Shown here: positions 36,101 to 47,185 of the stretch, piece after piece
Layout: each line of letters begins with the position of its first letter
Position numbering within the stretch: position 1 is the first letter of the stretch
Assembly (NCBI GenBank): GCA_020891255.1
Contig: BQFW01000008.1
Span: forward strand, 3,100,001 to 3,164,000
Source: Entomortierella parvispora E1425
Taxonomy: Eukaryota > Fungi > Mortierellomycota
Direction: 5' to 3'
DNA length: 64,000 nucleotides
Program-made: the position numbers and the translations under genes
Notes under the pieces: generated by a model
Databases searched by the model: none
Told to the model about the DNA's origin: nothing
The model's input: only the letters and a program-made list of their open reading frames with translations

Positions 36101-38380
36101 TAAGTGAATCTCTGTGCGCCTTGGATCCACACCATTTCGATATCTTCGACTCAACCGGCCTACTGGTTTCAGATCAAAAACATGCGCCAGGGAACGCCCC
36201 TACCATTTTCTCGGCGTTCTTCGACATGCAGGTGATCCATGCAACTTGTGCCAAATTTGGTCTGCGCTTCGGAGACAGGTAACAACATGTTTATGACTTT
36301 TTTTTTTTTTTTTTTTTTTTTTTGACTGACGCAGAATCTAACATATTGACCCATTTCAATAGGCTTGTCTTCGTTGACGAGCATACTGTAAGGATTATGG
36401 GGTACGAGGCCCGACCGAACGCTCCACGCAACATGATCAAGGAGAAACGAAAGAAGCTTGGCAAAGGCCGTTCAAGGGAGCCTACGGATGCAGAACAGCG
36501 CCAAATTGTTCTCCATGAATCGAAACTATCCAAGGCGGAAGCCAAAATAAGTGCCGCAGATCATGATGTGCGTATAACGGAGCTCAAAGAGGAGATAAAG
36601 GCACTAAACCGGCAGCTGGGGTTGGAAGAGATCCGGATGAAAAGCGTGAATGCAGATTTGCGACGGCTAAAAACTGAGAAACGCAAAGAGAATGACGTTA
36701 ATCGAAAGGAATGTCTGGGCGAGGAAATCGACACAGCATTCAGAGATCTGCATACGCTACGCTCGAGCGTTCACAGACTTCGGCGGAAAGCGCTTCCTAT
36801 GCGAAACCAGATCAAGGGGTTGCGGCAAAAAAAGTATGACCTTGACAAGTATGTTTCGTCCGAATCAAAGCCAAAGACGGAAAAGGAGTCGAACGGGGAG
36901 CTGAGCGAGTCGGTCACATCCAAATTCTCTTCGACACCCTCTCTCCTTCGCCGGGGATGCTTAGACTCTGTTGAATCAACCAGCATCGACAGTCTCGTCA
37001 AGGATATTGAGACCAACAACGCGGATCAAAGGAACAGAAGGATTGTTTTAGTCCCAGGTGGGACGGATCCAGGCGCCCATGTGTTATTCAACACGGTCCC
37101 GATAACTGAAAACAAACTGATCGAGCTTCGAAATCGTTTCGAGATACTTTCGAACGAGGGGGCAGAATCGGAGCAAGATCCGGAAGAAGGGGTGCAGTCA
37201 ATTGACCAGATACGGTTCCCAGATCCGCACCAGGTCACTGTTAAGCACATACGCCACCATGCAGGCCTTGTGAAGCAATCGCGATTCAGAAAGAAGCTCA
37301 TTGCAGCTAATGCTGAGGTACGCAAGGCACACGCTGATCTGGCGGATAACTCAATCCGGCGAGCAAACTCTTCGCATGCCATTGAGCAGGCCCAAGAAAC
37401 ACGTCGCAACTGTCGCACAACACTCCGATCTTTTGAGAAATCCAGAAGGATGAAGAACCTACGACGCCGTACTGAACTTCAACTGAGGAATACGTATGAC
37501 AAAGTTGCAGCCGCGGAGCGAGACGCATTTAAGAGGGTGGTGAATGGTAAGTCAAGCACTGCTGTCTGTATTGATTTTACTGCAGCAGGTGTGCTCTATT
37601 TACAGTACTCATTCGCATTCGTCTTTCAAACTCGACTCAGTAGACAGTAATTCATTGCAAACCTCAGGAGAGCCGTCCTATCCATCAACCGGATATTGCA
37701 CAGACTGCAGGACACACCACCGTCCAGAGTTTGTCGTCGATCCGAGTGCCCCTCGTGGGCGACGCCTCGTCTTGAAGCATGTGAACCAATGTCCAAGGGC
37801 GAGTCCCATCGTCATGCCATTAATGCTTCACGGTGCCGCAGGTTCCGGAGTGGGTTCACGTCTCAAAGGTCATTCAAAAATGGGAGGGAACAAAATTCCT
37901 GAGAAACACTTGCGCTATACGCCGGTCCTCAAGACCAATGAACACAAAAGCTCCCAGCTTTGCCCCTTTTGCTTTTCGCAGATAAGACTCGTACGGGCAA
38001 GGCGCAACAAGAACGGAGTCATGAGGTTAGTGCGAGTACATGGAGCAATTCAATGTACAAACCCAGACTGCCCTTCCTTCAAGGTTGGATATGCTGATCG
38101 CGGGCGAGACACCAATGCAGCGGTGAACATTGCATTGGCTGGATACGTATGCCTCACCTCTTCCGATCACAAGACCCTGCCGCCATTCAATCCACGGTGC
38201 CCTGCATGGGAACCTTCTTCAAACACCAGATCCATCTCGACTGGAACCTCAACCTTTCCTCTTGCACCGCAGGTCGATGCCAAGATTTTGGAATTGGGCA
38301 TTCGCTCAACATATGTAAGTACTCTCAGGTCAAATTTGCTCATTCTCCTGTCAATTCTCATTGAGCTCCATATTAACTAA
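33111..38380 (+). CDS. Giant Fanzor1/TnpB-like RNA-guided endonuclease, ~1,580 aa, 7 exons (33111-33218, 33310-33944, 34015-34591, 34677-35652, 35729-36278, 36363-37546, 37668-38380)
   Basis: RuvC-I GTDPG (D at 37066), shifted RuvC-II Glu in TNEHKSSQLCPFC (E at 37940), zinc finger CPFC...CTNPDC, and RuvC-III RDTNAAVNI (D at 38108). Six canonical GT-AG introns join in phase into 4,743 nt with no internal stop. Confidence 0.88.
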
Positions 38381-38573
38381 ATTTTCTTGGGTGATTTCCT
38401 TTTGAAAGTCACAATAAGACAGTCCTCCGTTTCTTCTCTTGCTTGTCGCGATCAGCTGGCTCTTCCTTCCATTCCTTCACCCTCATCCCTCTCATTCGAC
38501 CTGCATTGGACGGCGCGGAGTGCTTTGGACTCGGACAATCACATACACTACTTGCACTCTGAACAGCACAGTC

Positions 38574-41500
38574 ATGTGGAAAGTCTCGGCTATCAACAGC
38601 CGCTCTTGTGCTGCACCCAGTCGTCTCTGCCCACGTCTTTTGGTCTCGACTTCTTCTCACGGCCGTGTGCTTTTGACCAGTGGTCGCAGGACATTCCAGA
38701 CCGGAACCAGGAGGAACTTGGACTCTGGAAACCCTATCGGAGGGAATGGTGGATCGAGCAGCGGCAGGGTACCTCTTGTCGGCGACCGCATCACCCTCGA
38801 TCCAAAGACAAAGCAGAGGATGGAGCTTAGAAAGGACATCAGTGGTGGCAAGATTGGCAACAGCAACGCGACTGGATCAAATGCTGGAAGCAACAAATGG
38901 GCGACACCACCAGGTCAAGCAGCTAGGACTCAGAACAGTCAGTACCGTCGCGCCTTTGAAGAGTCGCGGGACAACCAGTATGGATACAGCTCGGGATCGC
39001 GTGGTCAGAGCAACGCAGGCAAGAATCAACAGCAGTCAGGCGAAGGTGCTCGAAGACCGGGACGCTATGTTGACCAACGCAACAACAATGCTTCCGCGGG
39101 ATCCCGTGGTCAACAACAACAACAACCACGATCAAACGCCCCATCCTCCTTTGCTACGTCTGCTTCTTGGGGATTCTCTGCACCAAAGCCAAAAGCACAA
39201 CAGGCACCTCCTCAGGCGCCGCCTTCGTCTTTTGCTACTTCAGCATCGCGGGGATTCTCTGCTCCAGCACCAAAGCCCAAGCCAGCTGCACAAGGTTCCG
39301 CGCCTGCCCAAAAACCAGCTTCAGCACCCACCACGACCTCGCCTCAAAAAGCAGTATCTGATATCGGCAAGGAGGCTGCTGCTCCCGCAACAAAGACTCC
39401 AGCTCCCGTAACAGCGAAAACAGCTCCTGCTACTTCTTCGGCAGGTCCTCCTGCAACTAAGCCCGCTACTACGTTTACAAAGTCATCTCGGACAGCCAAG
39501 GAGAACGCCAGGATTGAGGTAGCCAGGAGATCTCAGAATCGCAGACAAAAACAGAAAGCTGCCAAGGATGTCTTTATTCCTGAAGCCGTCAGTGTATCCA
39601 ACCTCGCGGGACTCTTGGGAGCAAGGATTGGGCACTTTGAAAAGACGATGAAGGCTCTGGGAATGGAGATTACTCGTCACGATCACAGTAAGTTGTTGTT
39701 GCAGCGAGATATCATTTCCTTTCCCTTTGAAACGAATGATAGCTAATGCGCCCTGGTCCGTTACTATGAATAGTCCTTACCTCGGAAGACGCTTCGTTGT
39801 TGGCACTGGAATACAATGTCAATCCCATCCTCGCCAACACAGAGGCACTCTTTGATCTCACCCCTCAGTAAGTGTGGGGAGTTTTCCGATGGTCGGATCC
39901 CATGCCGCCAAAAAAGGAAATTTTACTCTTTGTGCATGGCCCTAACCCAATTTCTGTTGTTTTAGACCTGAGCCAGAGGACATGTCTATCTACCCACTGC
40001 GACCTCCAGTTGTAACAATCATGGGCCACGTCGATCACGGAAAGACGACTTTGTTGGATTCCTTGCGAAAGACCTCGGTTGCAGCAGGAGAGGCAGGCGG
40101 TATTACCCAACACATTGGTGCGTTCTCGGTCCTTTTACCCTCTAAGCAACGCATCACTTTCTTGGACACTCCTGGACACGCGGCCTTCTCAGCCATGCGC
40201 GCCCGTGGAGCCCAGACGACAGATATCGTAGTCTTGGTTGTGGCTGCCGAGGACGGTGTCATGCCCCAGACTGCAGAGGCGATCAAGCACGCCGAGGAAG
40301 CAGGTGTGCCAATTATTGTGGCTATCAACAAATGCGACAAGTATGGAGCGGAGCCTGACAAGGCCAAGCAGGCTCTCCTCAAGTATGGTGTGACAGTAGA
40401 GGACCTGGGAGGCGAGACTCAGTGCATCGAAGTCTCTGGACTTACAGGCAAGAACCTGGACAAACTGGAGGAGGCCATTTTGACCTTGGCTGAAGTCCTG
40501 GATCTTAGGGCCGAGACATCTATCCGCGGGGAGGGACACATCATTGAATCGCAGGTCGAGAAGGGCCGTGGAAATGTTGCTACTGTCCTGGTCAAGCGCG
40601 GAACGCTCAAGGTCGGAGACACGATCGTGGCTGGCAGTGCCTGGTGCAAGGTGAAGGCGCTTGTCAATGATACTGGCAAGAACGTGAAAGATGCACCACC
40701 CGGCACTCCTGTCAAAGTCATGGGCTGGAAGGATCTCCCAATGGCCGGTGACGAGATGTTGGGCGCCGAATCAGAGGAGCAGGCCAAGCTTGTGATGACT
40801 AACCGCGCTTTGAAGAAGGAACGCAAGGAGCAGTTGAAGACTCTGGTCGCGATTAACGAGAAACGCCGCATCACCGCGGAAGAGGAGGACGAGGAAAAGA
40901 TGGCGTTGAAGGAGTACAAGCGCAAGGCCTGGCTGTTCCATCAAGGAGTCATTGATACTTACCCCGAGCCGATTCAGGTCAAGAAGCAACTCTCTGTGGC
41001 GGCCATGCAGGCCAAGGAGGAAGAGGCGAGTGAGGTGAAGAACATGAGGATGGTGGTGAAGGGAGATGTCAGTGGAACAGTCGAGGCCGTGTGCGACGCA
41101 CTCTCGGGTTTGCCTGCCAACCAAGTCAAGGTCAGCGTGATCCAGAGCGGTGTTGGCAACATTACAGAGAGCGACATTCAGTTTGCTGCAAGTTGTAACG
41201 GTAAGAGCACCCCCAAACAACAGTGGGAGAAAAGCTCTTTTTTTGCTTGTGATACCTTTTGTTTTCATGGGAACAAGAAAGGAATGCTAGAAAAGGAAGA
41301 GTCGGAGACTGACCTGTTTTTTTTGTTTGCTCTTTTGTTCTTTTAGCTATGGTCCTGGGATTCAATGTCAAGGCAGACAAAAAGCTGATGCAAACCGCTC
41401 GACAGATGGGCGTCGGCTTGAAGTCGTACAATGTCATTTACAAGTTGTTGGACGATGTCAAAGTTGAAATGGCGACACTTTTGCCCAAGGATATCGAGAT

Positions 41501-41807
41501 CCAGGTCGTTGGTGAGGCCAAGGTTGCCCAGGTCTTCCCCATCAAGATGAAGGGTGGTCAGACACAAAACGTTGCTGGTTGTCGTATTGTCAATGGTGGT
41601 GTGACCCGCAAGGAAGACGTCCGAATCGTGCGTGATGGCGAAGTGATCTGGGATGGCCGACTTTCCACACTGAAGCGTATCAAAGAAGACATCCAGGAGG
41701 CCAAGAAGGGCACGGAGTGCGGTATGGAGTTTGAAGGATTCCAGGACTTTAAGGAAGGTGATGTTATTCAGAGCATCAAGAAGATTGAAGTCCTGCGAAA
41801 GCTATAG
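38574..41807 (+). CDS. IFM1: Mitochondrial translation initiation factor IF-2 (4 exons)
   Basis: Arg/Ser-rich presequence, RPPVVTIMGHVDHGKTTLLD, GGITQHIGAF, FLDTPGHAAF, AINKCD, and C-terminal GTECGM. GT-AG introns follow 39687, ~39867 and ~41200. Confidence 0.95.
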
Positions 41808-43796
41808 GGGATCTCCGTTTTTATTTGGCGCTGAGGCCGTCTGTTTCTCCAATTCCCACCAACCATCATCGATACACCTTCACTACCACCACTATTCACA
41901 TCTACACTTTATCTTTTCATCATCCCCACCATTCGCCTGTACAATACACTTCAATAAATCCATCATCATAGAGCTACCCCCTACCTAACAGAGGAAAAAA
42001 CAACAACGCGTTGTTGACCCATTTGACATTCGAACACCCTCTAAGCATTTGATCCCTCATCCGCTCCTAACGTCCCGTCCATCACCCCCAAGACTTTTGA
42101 ACGCTCAAGCACGCGAAGACAATGAGCTGTGATCAGATCCCAGATCGTCTGAAGATTTTTCTTTCGCCCGGGCTCTCGCCGCGTTGCATGCAAGTTGAAG
42201 GTCTTGGGGTCTCTTCTTTTTTGCCACATTGTTTGGAAGGAAATGTAAAATTGCAGCCCTGCTCGACCTGGGAACAGTAAAACAGGGTTGGAGAGGAAGA
42301 GGGCGTCAAGGAGTCGGGCGCAGGGGGGAGGAGGAGTGGAGAGGGTCCCGGTCGTTTTGTGGGTGGGTGAAGTTTAGGCGGTGACTCAGTCAGTCATGAC
42401 CCTTTCCCTCTCCCCCCTTTCATTCTCCAGAGCGTGTCAAGAAGGCGACACTCGGGCCTCTTCTCATTCCATGAAATTTTCTCGTAAGTAAAGAAGCTGT
42501 TTGTTCAGCCACACAGCGAACACGAGGTTGAGCCAACAAAGAAAAACAAGACGTTTCCTCTTTTCTTTTAGTGCGTCACCGATGCAGATTCCCGTTGTGT
42601 CACTGTGATTCAGACAATTAGCACCCGGGCGGATGCGTGGCAGCTGCAGGAGGAAAGTGAAGGGAACGGCAAAAAGAAAAAAAAAAGGGGCATGATGACC
42701 ATGGGCCATCATCGGGAAGAAAACAAGAAGAAAAAAAAACATGGTTGGGTGCACGGTCTCTTTTTTTTTTTTTTTTTTGCGTGGGTCAAGGCATGTCTTG
42801 GAACGCGTCCACGAACACGTCCTGGGATCCACTGTTGAGTTCTCCTTGTTGCTGCTGAAATCTAGTTCGTCCCTGCAGTGTATATGTGTCCAGCATGAAG
42901 TATGTGTCCCTGCAATGAGCTTGATGCACAATCAAATAATGAACAGACCCCTGTTGCTGTCCCCCACCCCAACTCCCAGCCCAGTTTGCCTTTTGTGTTT
43001 ACACCTGGGCAGCTATATTTGCTCATGCAGCCCAAGAAAAGAACGTCCAGGGGCCAAGCAGACCACACGGCACAGAAGCCAGGGCTCATATCACGTGCGG
43101 CTCGCATGGTGCCACCGTACACCGTGCTACTGAACTGCCATGTCAAAAGAGGTTTTTTTTTCTCTGTTGATTGCCCACACAGTGTAACATCAACCAACGG
43201 GTTACAAGTCCAGTGCAATAAGCCCCCCTGCGTCTGTTGTCTGTGTGTCTGCGTTCTTGCTGTTTGTTCGTTTGTGTTGCACCACAGTACCAGCACACAG
43301 TGCCTCGGTCGGCCCGTCAGTGCAGGGCCACAGAGGATGAATGTTTGAAGGGTGAGTCTGCAGCCCTCTTTCTCTTTTTTTTTCACCTCTATTTTTTTTT
43401 GTTTTCGTTCTCTTCCTTCACTTCAATTGATACCCCAACATATACCCATTCTCCAAATACTGGTTACCTTCAACACTGCAACACTCCACTCTCCTCCTCT
43501 TGGCGTTCAAACAGCTCTTTCACTCTCTCACAGACACATCCGCCTCTCCTTCAACTACACGATACTCTCTCCTCTGGCTCACACTTTTTTTATTCTCGGT
43601 CTCTCTCATTCCTCACCATTCCCTTTCCTCTCATTCTTTGCATCCACAAAAACAACCAGGACATTGACCTGATCCCTCTGATCCCTTCTTCACCCTCGAC
43701 CAGACCCAACTTGCAAAGACAAGGGTCCATTACCCGCAACTGCCCACACTCCTCGCTCCCTCTACTGCCTGCAGCCCTATCACAAACGCACACACC

Positions 43797-46127
43797 ATGG
43801 CCCCTTGGTCCAGGGCAGTCGTTCCTGAAACCGCGTCCACCTCTTCAGCAGCAGCAGCAGCAGCGGCAGCAGCACCGCCACTGCTGCAACCCCGCCGGTC
43901 TCATACTCCGTCGTCTGCAGCTCAGCCACAGTCCCAGACCCAGAACCAGGTCGTGCGGTCTTTGGCCCCTTCGACCCACACTGCACTCCGGCACTCGACC
44001 TCCAACACGTCTCTCTCGGCCACCTATCCCTCCAAGGATGCTACAGAAGTCACCGTTTCGCTGTCCGACGCTGAAGACAAGGACAAGACCCCGACGGCGG
44101 TGCATCGAAACATTGGCGATAATACCCCTCGACCCTCGCACCAAAAGATCCTGAGCCACAAGTCCTCCACCGATACCCTCAAAGCCGAAGCAGCCACCTC
44201 CTCGACCACCTCTTCCTCCAAGGCAAATTTAGGGTCTATCACAGCCCCCACCACCCACAGGGGCCATGGGCCCTCCGAGGGACGTTCTCGGAATCGGCGG
44301 CAAGAGCACGTTTCTTCTTCAACCACATCACCGCCCCAGCGTCGTCGCTCTGGACATCGCTCCGCCCAACCTTCCTCTTTACAGCAAACCACACCCGCTC
44401 GTTCCAACTCGACGTCCAAAAAGTTTTCTCTCCGGAGCAAGAAAAAACGGCAAGAGCGGGAGGACCAAGAACGGGAAGAGCGCCGGTTGAAGGAGGAGGC
44501 AGACGAAGCCATCCGGAGAAAACACGGTGAGTACCACCCGCCAGGCCAGAGTCAGGGCCAGATCCATACCCATCGCTTGCCGAGACACCAGGACCAACAC
44601 GAGGTGGAGCGTCAACGATCGTTTACGAGTCTACGGCAACAATACCAGTACCAACAACGACATAACAGTGGCTCCAGCAGTCGAGTTGTGTCCCCGACGC
44701 CCGGGTCTAAATCGCCACCGTCGGTCGAGGATCTACGCCTGTATTATCAACAGCAACATCAGCACGACCGAGATCGAGATCGTGCGCGGGACCGCTCCCG
44801 CCATTCGTCCAGATCTTCGTCTTCGTATTCGTCCCGTCAGGGCAGTCGAGGGACGAGTCCGGAAGCGTCTGCTGCGGTGAGGTATGGCCATCATCATCAG
44901 CACGCCGTGGCTTCCACGGTAGCGAATGGACTGTCGTTGAATGATCTCGACCCAGAAGGTATCCTTTCCGAGTACTGGGAAACGCAAAGCGAGCAGGATG
45001 ATCCGGATTTGGATGCCTTTGGACCCCTGCGAGGAGACCACAGACGGGACGGAAACTCGTTGGATCAGGAGCGGAAATCGTCCATGGATACCAATAGCAG
45101 TTACCAATCCAATCCGTCGTCCATGAGCAACGGCAATAGCTCCCGTCAATCAAGACAGAGCCAGACGGCGGTCGATGCTCGGTCTTATCATTCCCATGGA
45201 GGTGTTGGTTTGGGGAACAATCTCTTGTACCCATCCCACTTTGCACTGCAACAACAACATCTTCAGGAACAACTGCAAAAGACGCCGATCCAACAACCGG
45301 CACCCACACACCAGTCTAGAACAGACAGTCGACTCTCGAGCCATCGGGGTCTTAGGGCCCTGGAGATGGGTGAGCTCAAGCCTCAACATCAGTCATGGCC
45401 TCTGAACAACGCCTCTCAGACGGGTATCGTCACTGGATTGGACCCGGCCATTGAGGTTTCGAATCCTTCAGGATCCTCTCATCATCAACATCAGCAGAAT
45501 CGTCTCCATGGGTCCATCTCAGGGACCTTTCGGCCTGGATCGAGTCAGAGTCAGAATCACTACCAAAGCGCGCAGCGATCACGGGACAACATGGTCGAGC
45601 GGTATCTCTACCATGCACGGGCCAATTCGCCTTCCAACTCGAATGTGGCCTCGTCCTCCAACCACCGATCGTCCAGCAGTAACAACCATCATCCTCATCT
45701 CTACCATCTGGACCACCCTCATCACCCTCGGTCGACCTCGGCCTTTGGTCATCACACGTCCATCGACATGGCGGCCGTCGAGGCCCTTCGTGCCAAGGCT
45801 GGCTCGAGGGCCTCCCGAATGAATGGCTCGAGTACGATTCATACCGGCTCTGGCACCAACACGGCCGTGGCCACCAGCCCGAACGCGGGCATGTTTAACA
45901 AGGAGATTGACGAGACCATGGAGTTGCCGGATGAGCACAATTATCTGGCTCCTTTGCCCCCTTTTCAACAGGGACCTGCTTACACGCGCGTGCCAAAACG
46001 GATGTTCTGCCAGTGGTTCTGTGGAGGCTGTCGCTGGTGGGTCTTGTTGCTTTTGGTCTTTATCCTCCTGGTGGCTGCTGCCATTGTGTTCGTGAGCTTG
46101 AAACACTACTGGCCGTCTTGGTTGTAA
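43797..46127 (+). CDS. Intronless 776-aa low-complexity (Ser/Gln/His/Arg) protein with one C-terminal TM helix; function unknown
   Basis: Long open frame ending KRMFCQWFCGGCRWWVLLLLVFILLVAAAIVFVSLKHYWPSWL*. Confidence 0.7.
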   Translation: MAPWSRAVVPETASTSSAAAAAAAAAPPLLQPRRSHTPSSAAQPQSQTQNQVVRSLAPSTHTALRHSTSNTSLSATYPSKDATEVTVSLSDAEDKDKTPTAVHRNIGDNTPRPSHQKILSHKSSTDTLKAEAATSSTTSSSKANLGSITAPTTHRGHGPSEGRSRNRRQEHVSSSTTSPPQRRRSGHRSAQPSSLQQTTPARSNSTSKKFSLRSKKKRQEREDQEREERRLKEEADEAIRRKHGEYHPPGQSQGQIHTHRLPRHQDQHEVERQRSFTSLRQQYQYQQRHNSGSSSRVVSPTPGSKSPPSVEDLRLYYQQQHQHDRDRDRARDRSRHSSRSSSSYSSRQGSRGTSPEASAAVRYGHHHQHAVASTVANGLSLNDLDPEGILSEYWETQSEQDDPDLDAFGPLRGDHRRDGNSLDQERKSSMDTNSSYQSNPSSMSNGNSSRQSRQSQTAVDARSYHSHGGVGLGNNLLYPSHFALQQQHLQEQLQKTPIQQPAPTHQSRTDSRLSSHRGLRALEMGELKPQHQSWPLNNASQTGIVTGLDPAIEVSNPSGSSHHQHQQNRLHGSISGTFRPGSSQSQNHYQSAQRSRDNMVERYLYHARANSPSNSNVASSSNHRSSSSNNHHPHLYHLDHPHHPRSTSAFGHHTSIDMAAVEALRAKAGSRASRMNGSSTIHTGSGTNTAVATSPNAGMFNKEIDETMELPDEHNYLAPLPPFQQGPAYTRVPKRMFCQWFCGGCRWWVLLLLVFILLVAAAIVFVSLKHYWPSWL

Positions 46128-47185
46128 AAATGAACAAGAAAAAAAACAAAAAAAAAAAACAAAAACAATGGAAAAAAAATAAATATAAGAGAATTGAAGG
46201 ACAAAGGATCCATGATGGCTCTTTTTCTTTCAAACAAAAAAGTCTCAACATCCAACAGTGTTTATTCAATAATAGCCATCCTCCGTTCTTGTGTGCTCAA
46301 GAGAATTACTTTTTGATTCTCTCTGGAAATCAGAGTTTTTTCTGCTTTCCAGCGAGGATCTAAGTTGTACAAAAACAAAGAAAGTGATTCTCTTGGCCTC
46401 GAAGAAAGAAGGCAGGCTAGGCTAATATTCGGCTATCTCGGCTATGTCGGCAGCAAGGGTTTAATTCGGTTCGGAGATTGTTTTTTTTCAAATCATTTGA
46501 GGATATCTCCTCGATCTCACCCTATGTTTTTCGGAAAGTTTGAGGTGTAGGTAGCTAGAGCGGGTCTTTGCTTTTTGTGTTTCCCCTTGATCCAACTTTG
46601 CTAGCACATGAGGAAGAGGATAGCAAGGCAAGGTTTTCTCATTTTCTGACATCTAAACTATGTGTGGGTTTGGTAGTTGTTTTTCGTTCTGCGTTTCCAT
46701 AGTGTTGCTGCAGCTGGGGCAAATCGGCAACTTTCCGCCCTGACTATCTAGTCGTTGTTGATACCATCTTAATAGAACCCCCTATAGAGTTCTGTGGTAC
46801 CTTTCACGCTACACTTGTAATCATTCTGTATTTCGTTGCTATCACAACTTTTTAAAACAAGAGAATCAAAGACTTTTTTGTTTTGATGAAATTCTGCTGA
46901 AGTGTTGAGGAATGCCTACATCTCGCAGACTACTCATACCCGGTCATCACAGTATGAGTTTCTCGGCTGGTGTTCGTTACGGTATGGGAAAGAGATATAT
47001 CTTCTTTGGACGTTCTACAATTTTTTTCGATGGAGGGCAGTTCAGGGAGAGTCAGGAGCAGTATTCTTATATAGAGGCCAAACACCCCTGAAGCTGGCTT
47101 TTGATCCAGCAATGAACATGCAACTGGCCGATCAGCGGAGGAGGATATAGATATACAAGTGAACAGATTCTCTGATTGACCTGTC

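Larger units (their letters stand above)
30655..38378 (+). mobile_element. Composite Tc1/IS630-type transposon carrying an accessory gene and a giant Fanzor (boundaries provisional)
   Basis: Contiguous transposase (+), accessory gene (-) and Fanzor (+) sit between two housekeeping genes. TTAACT occurs at both candidate ends (30655-30660 and 38373-38378). No convincing terminal inverted repeat was found by eye. Confidence 0.7.
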
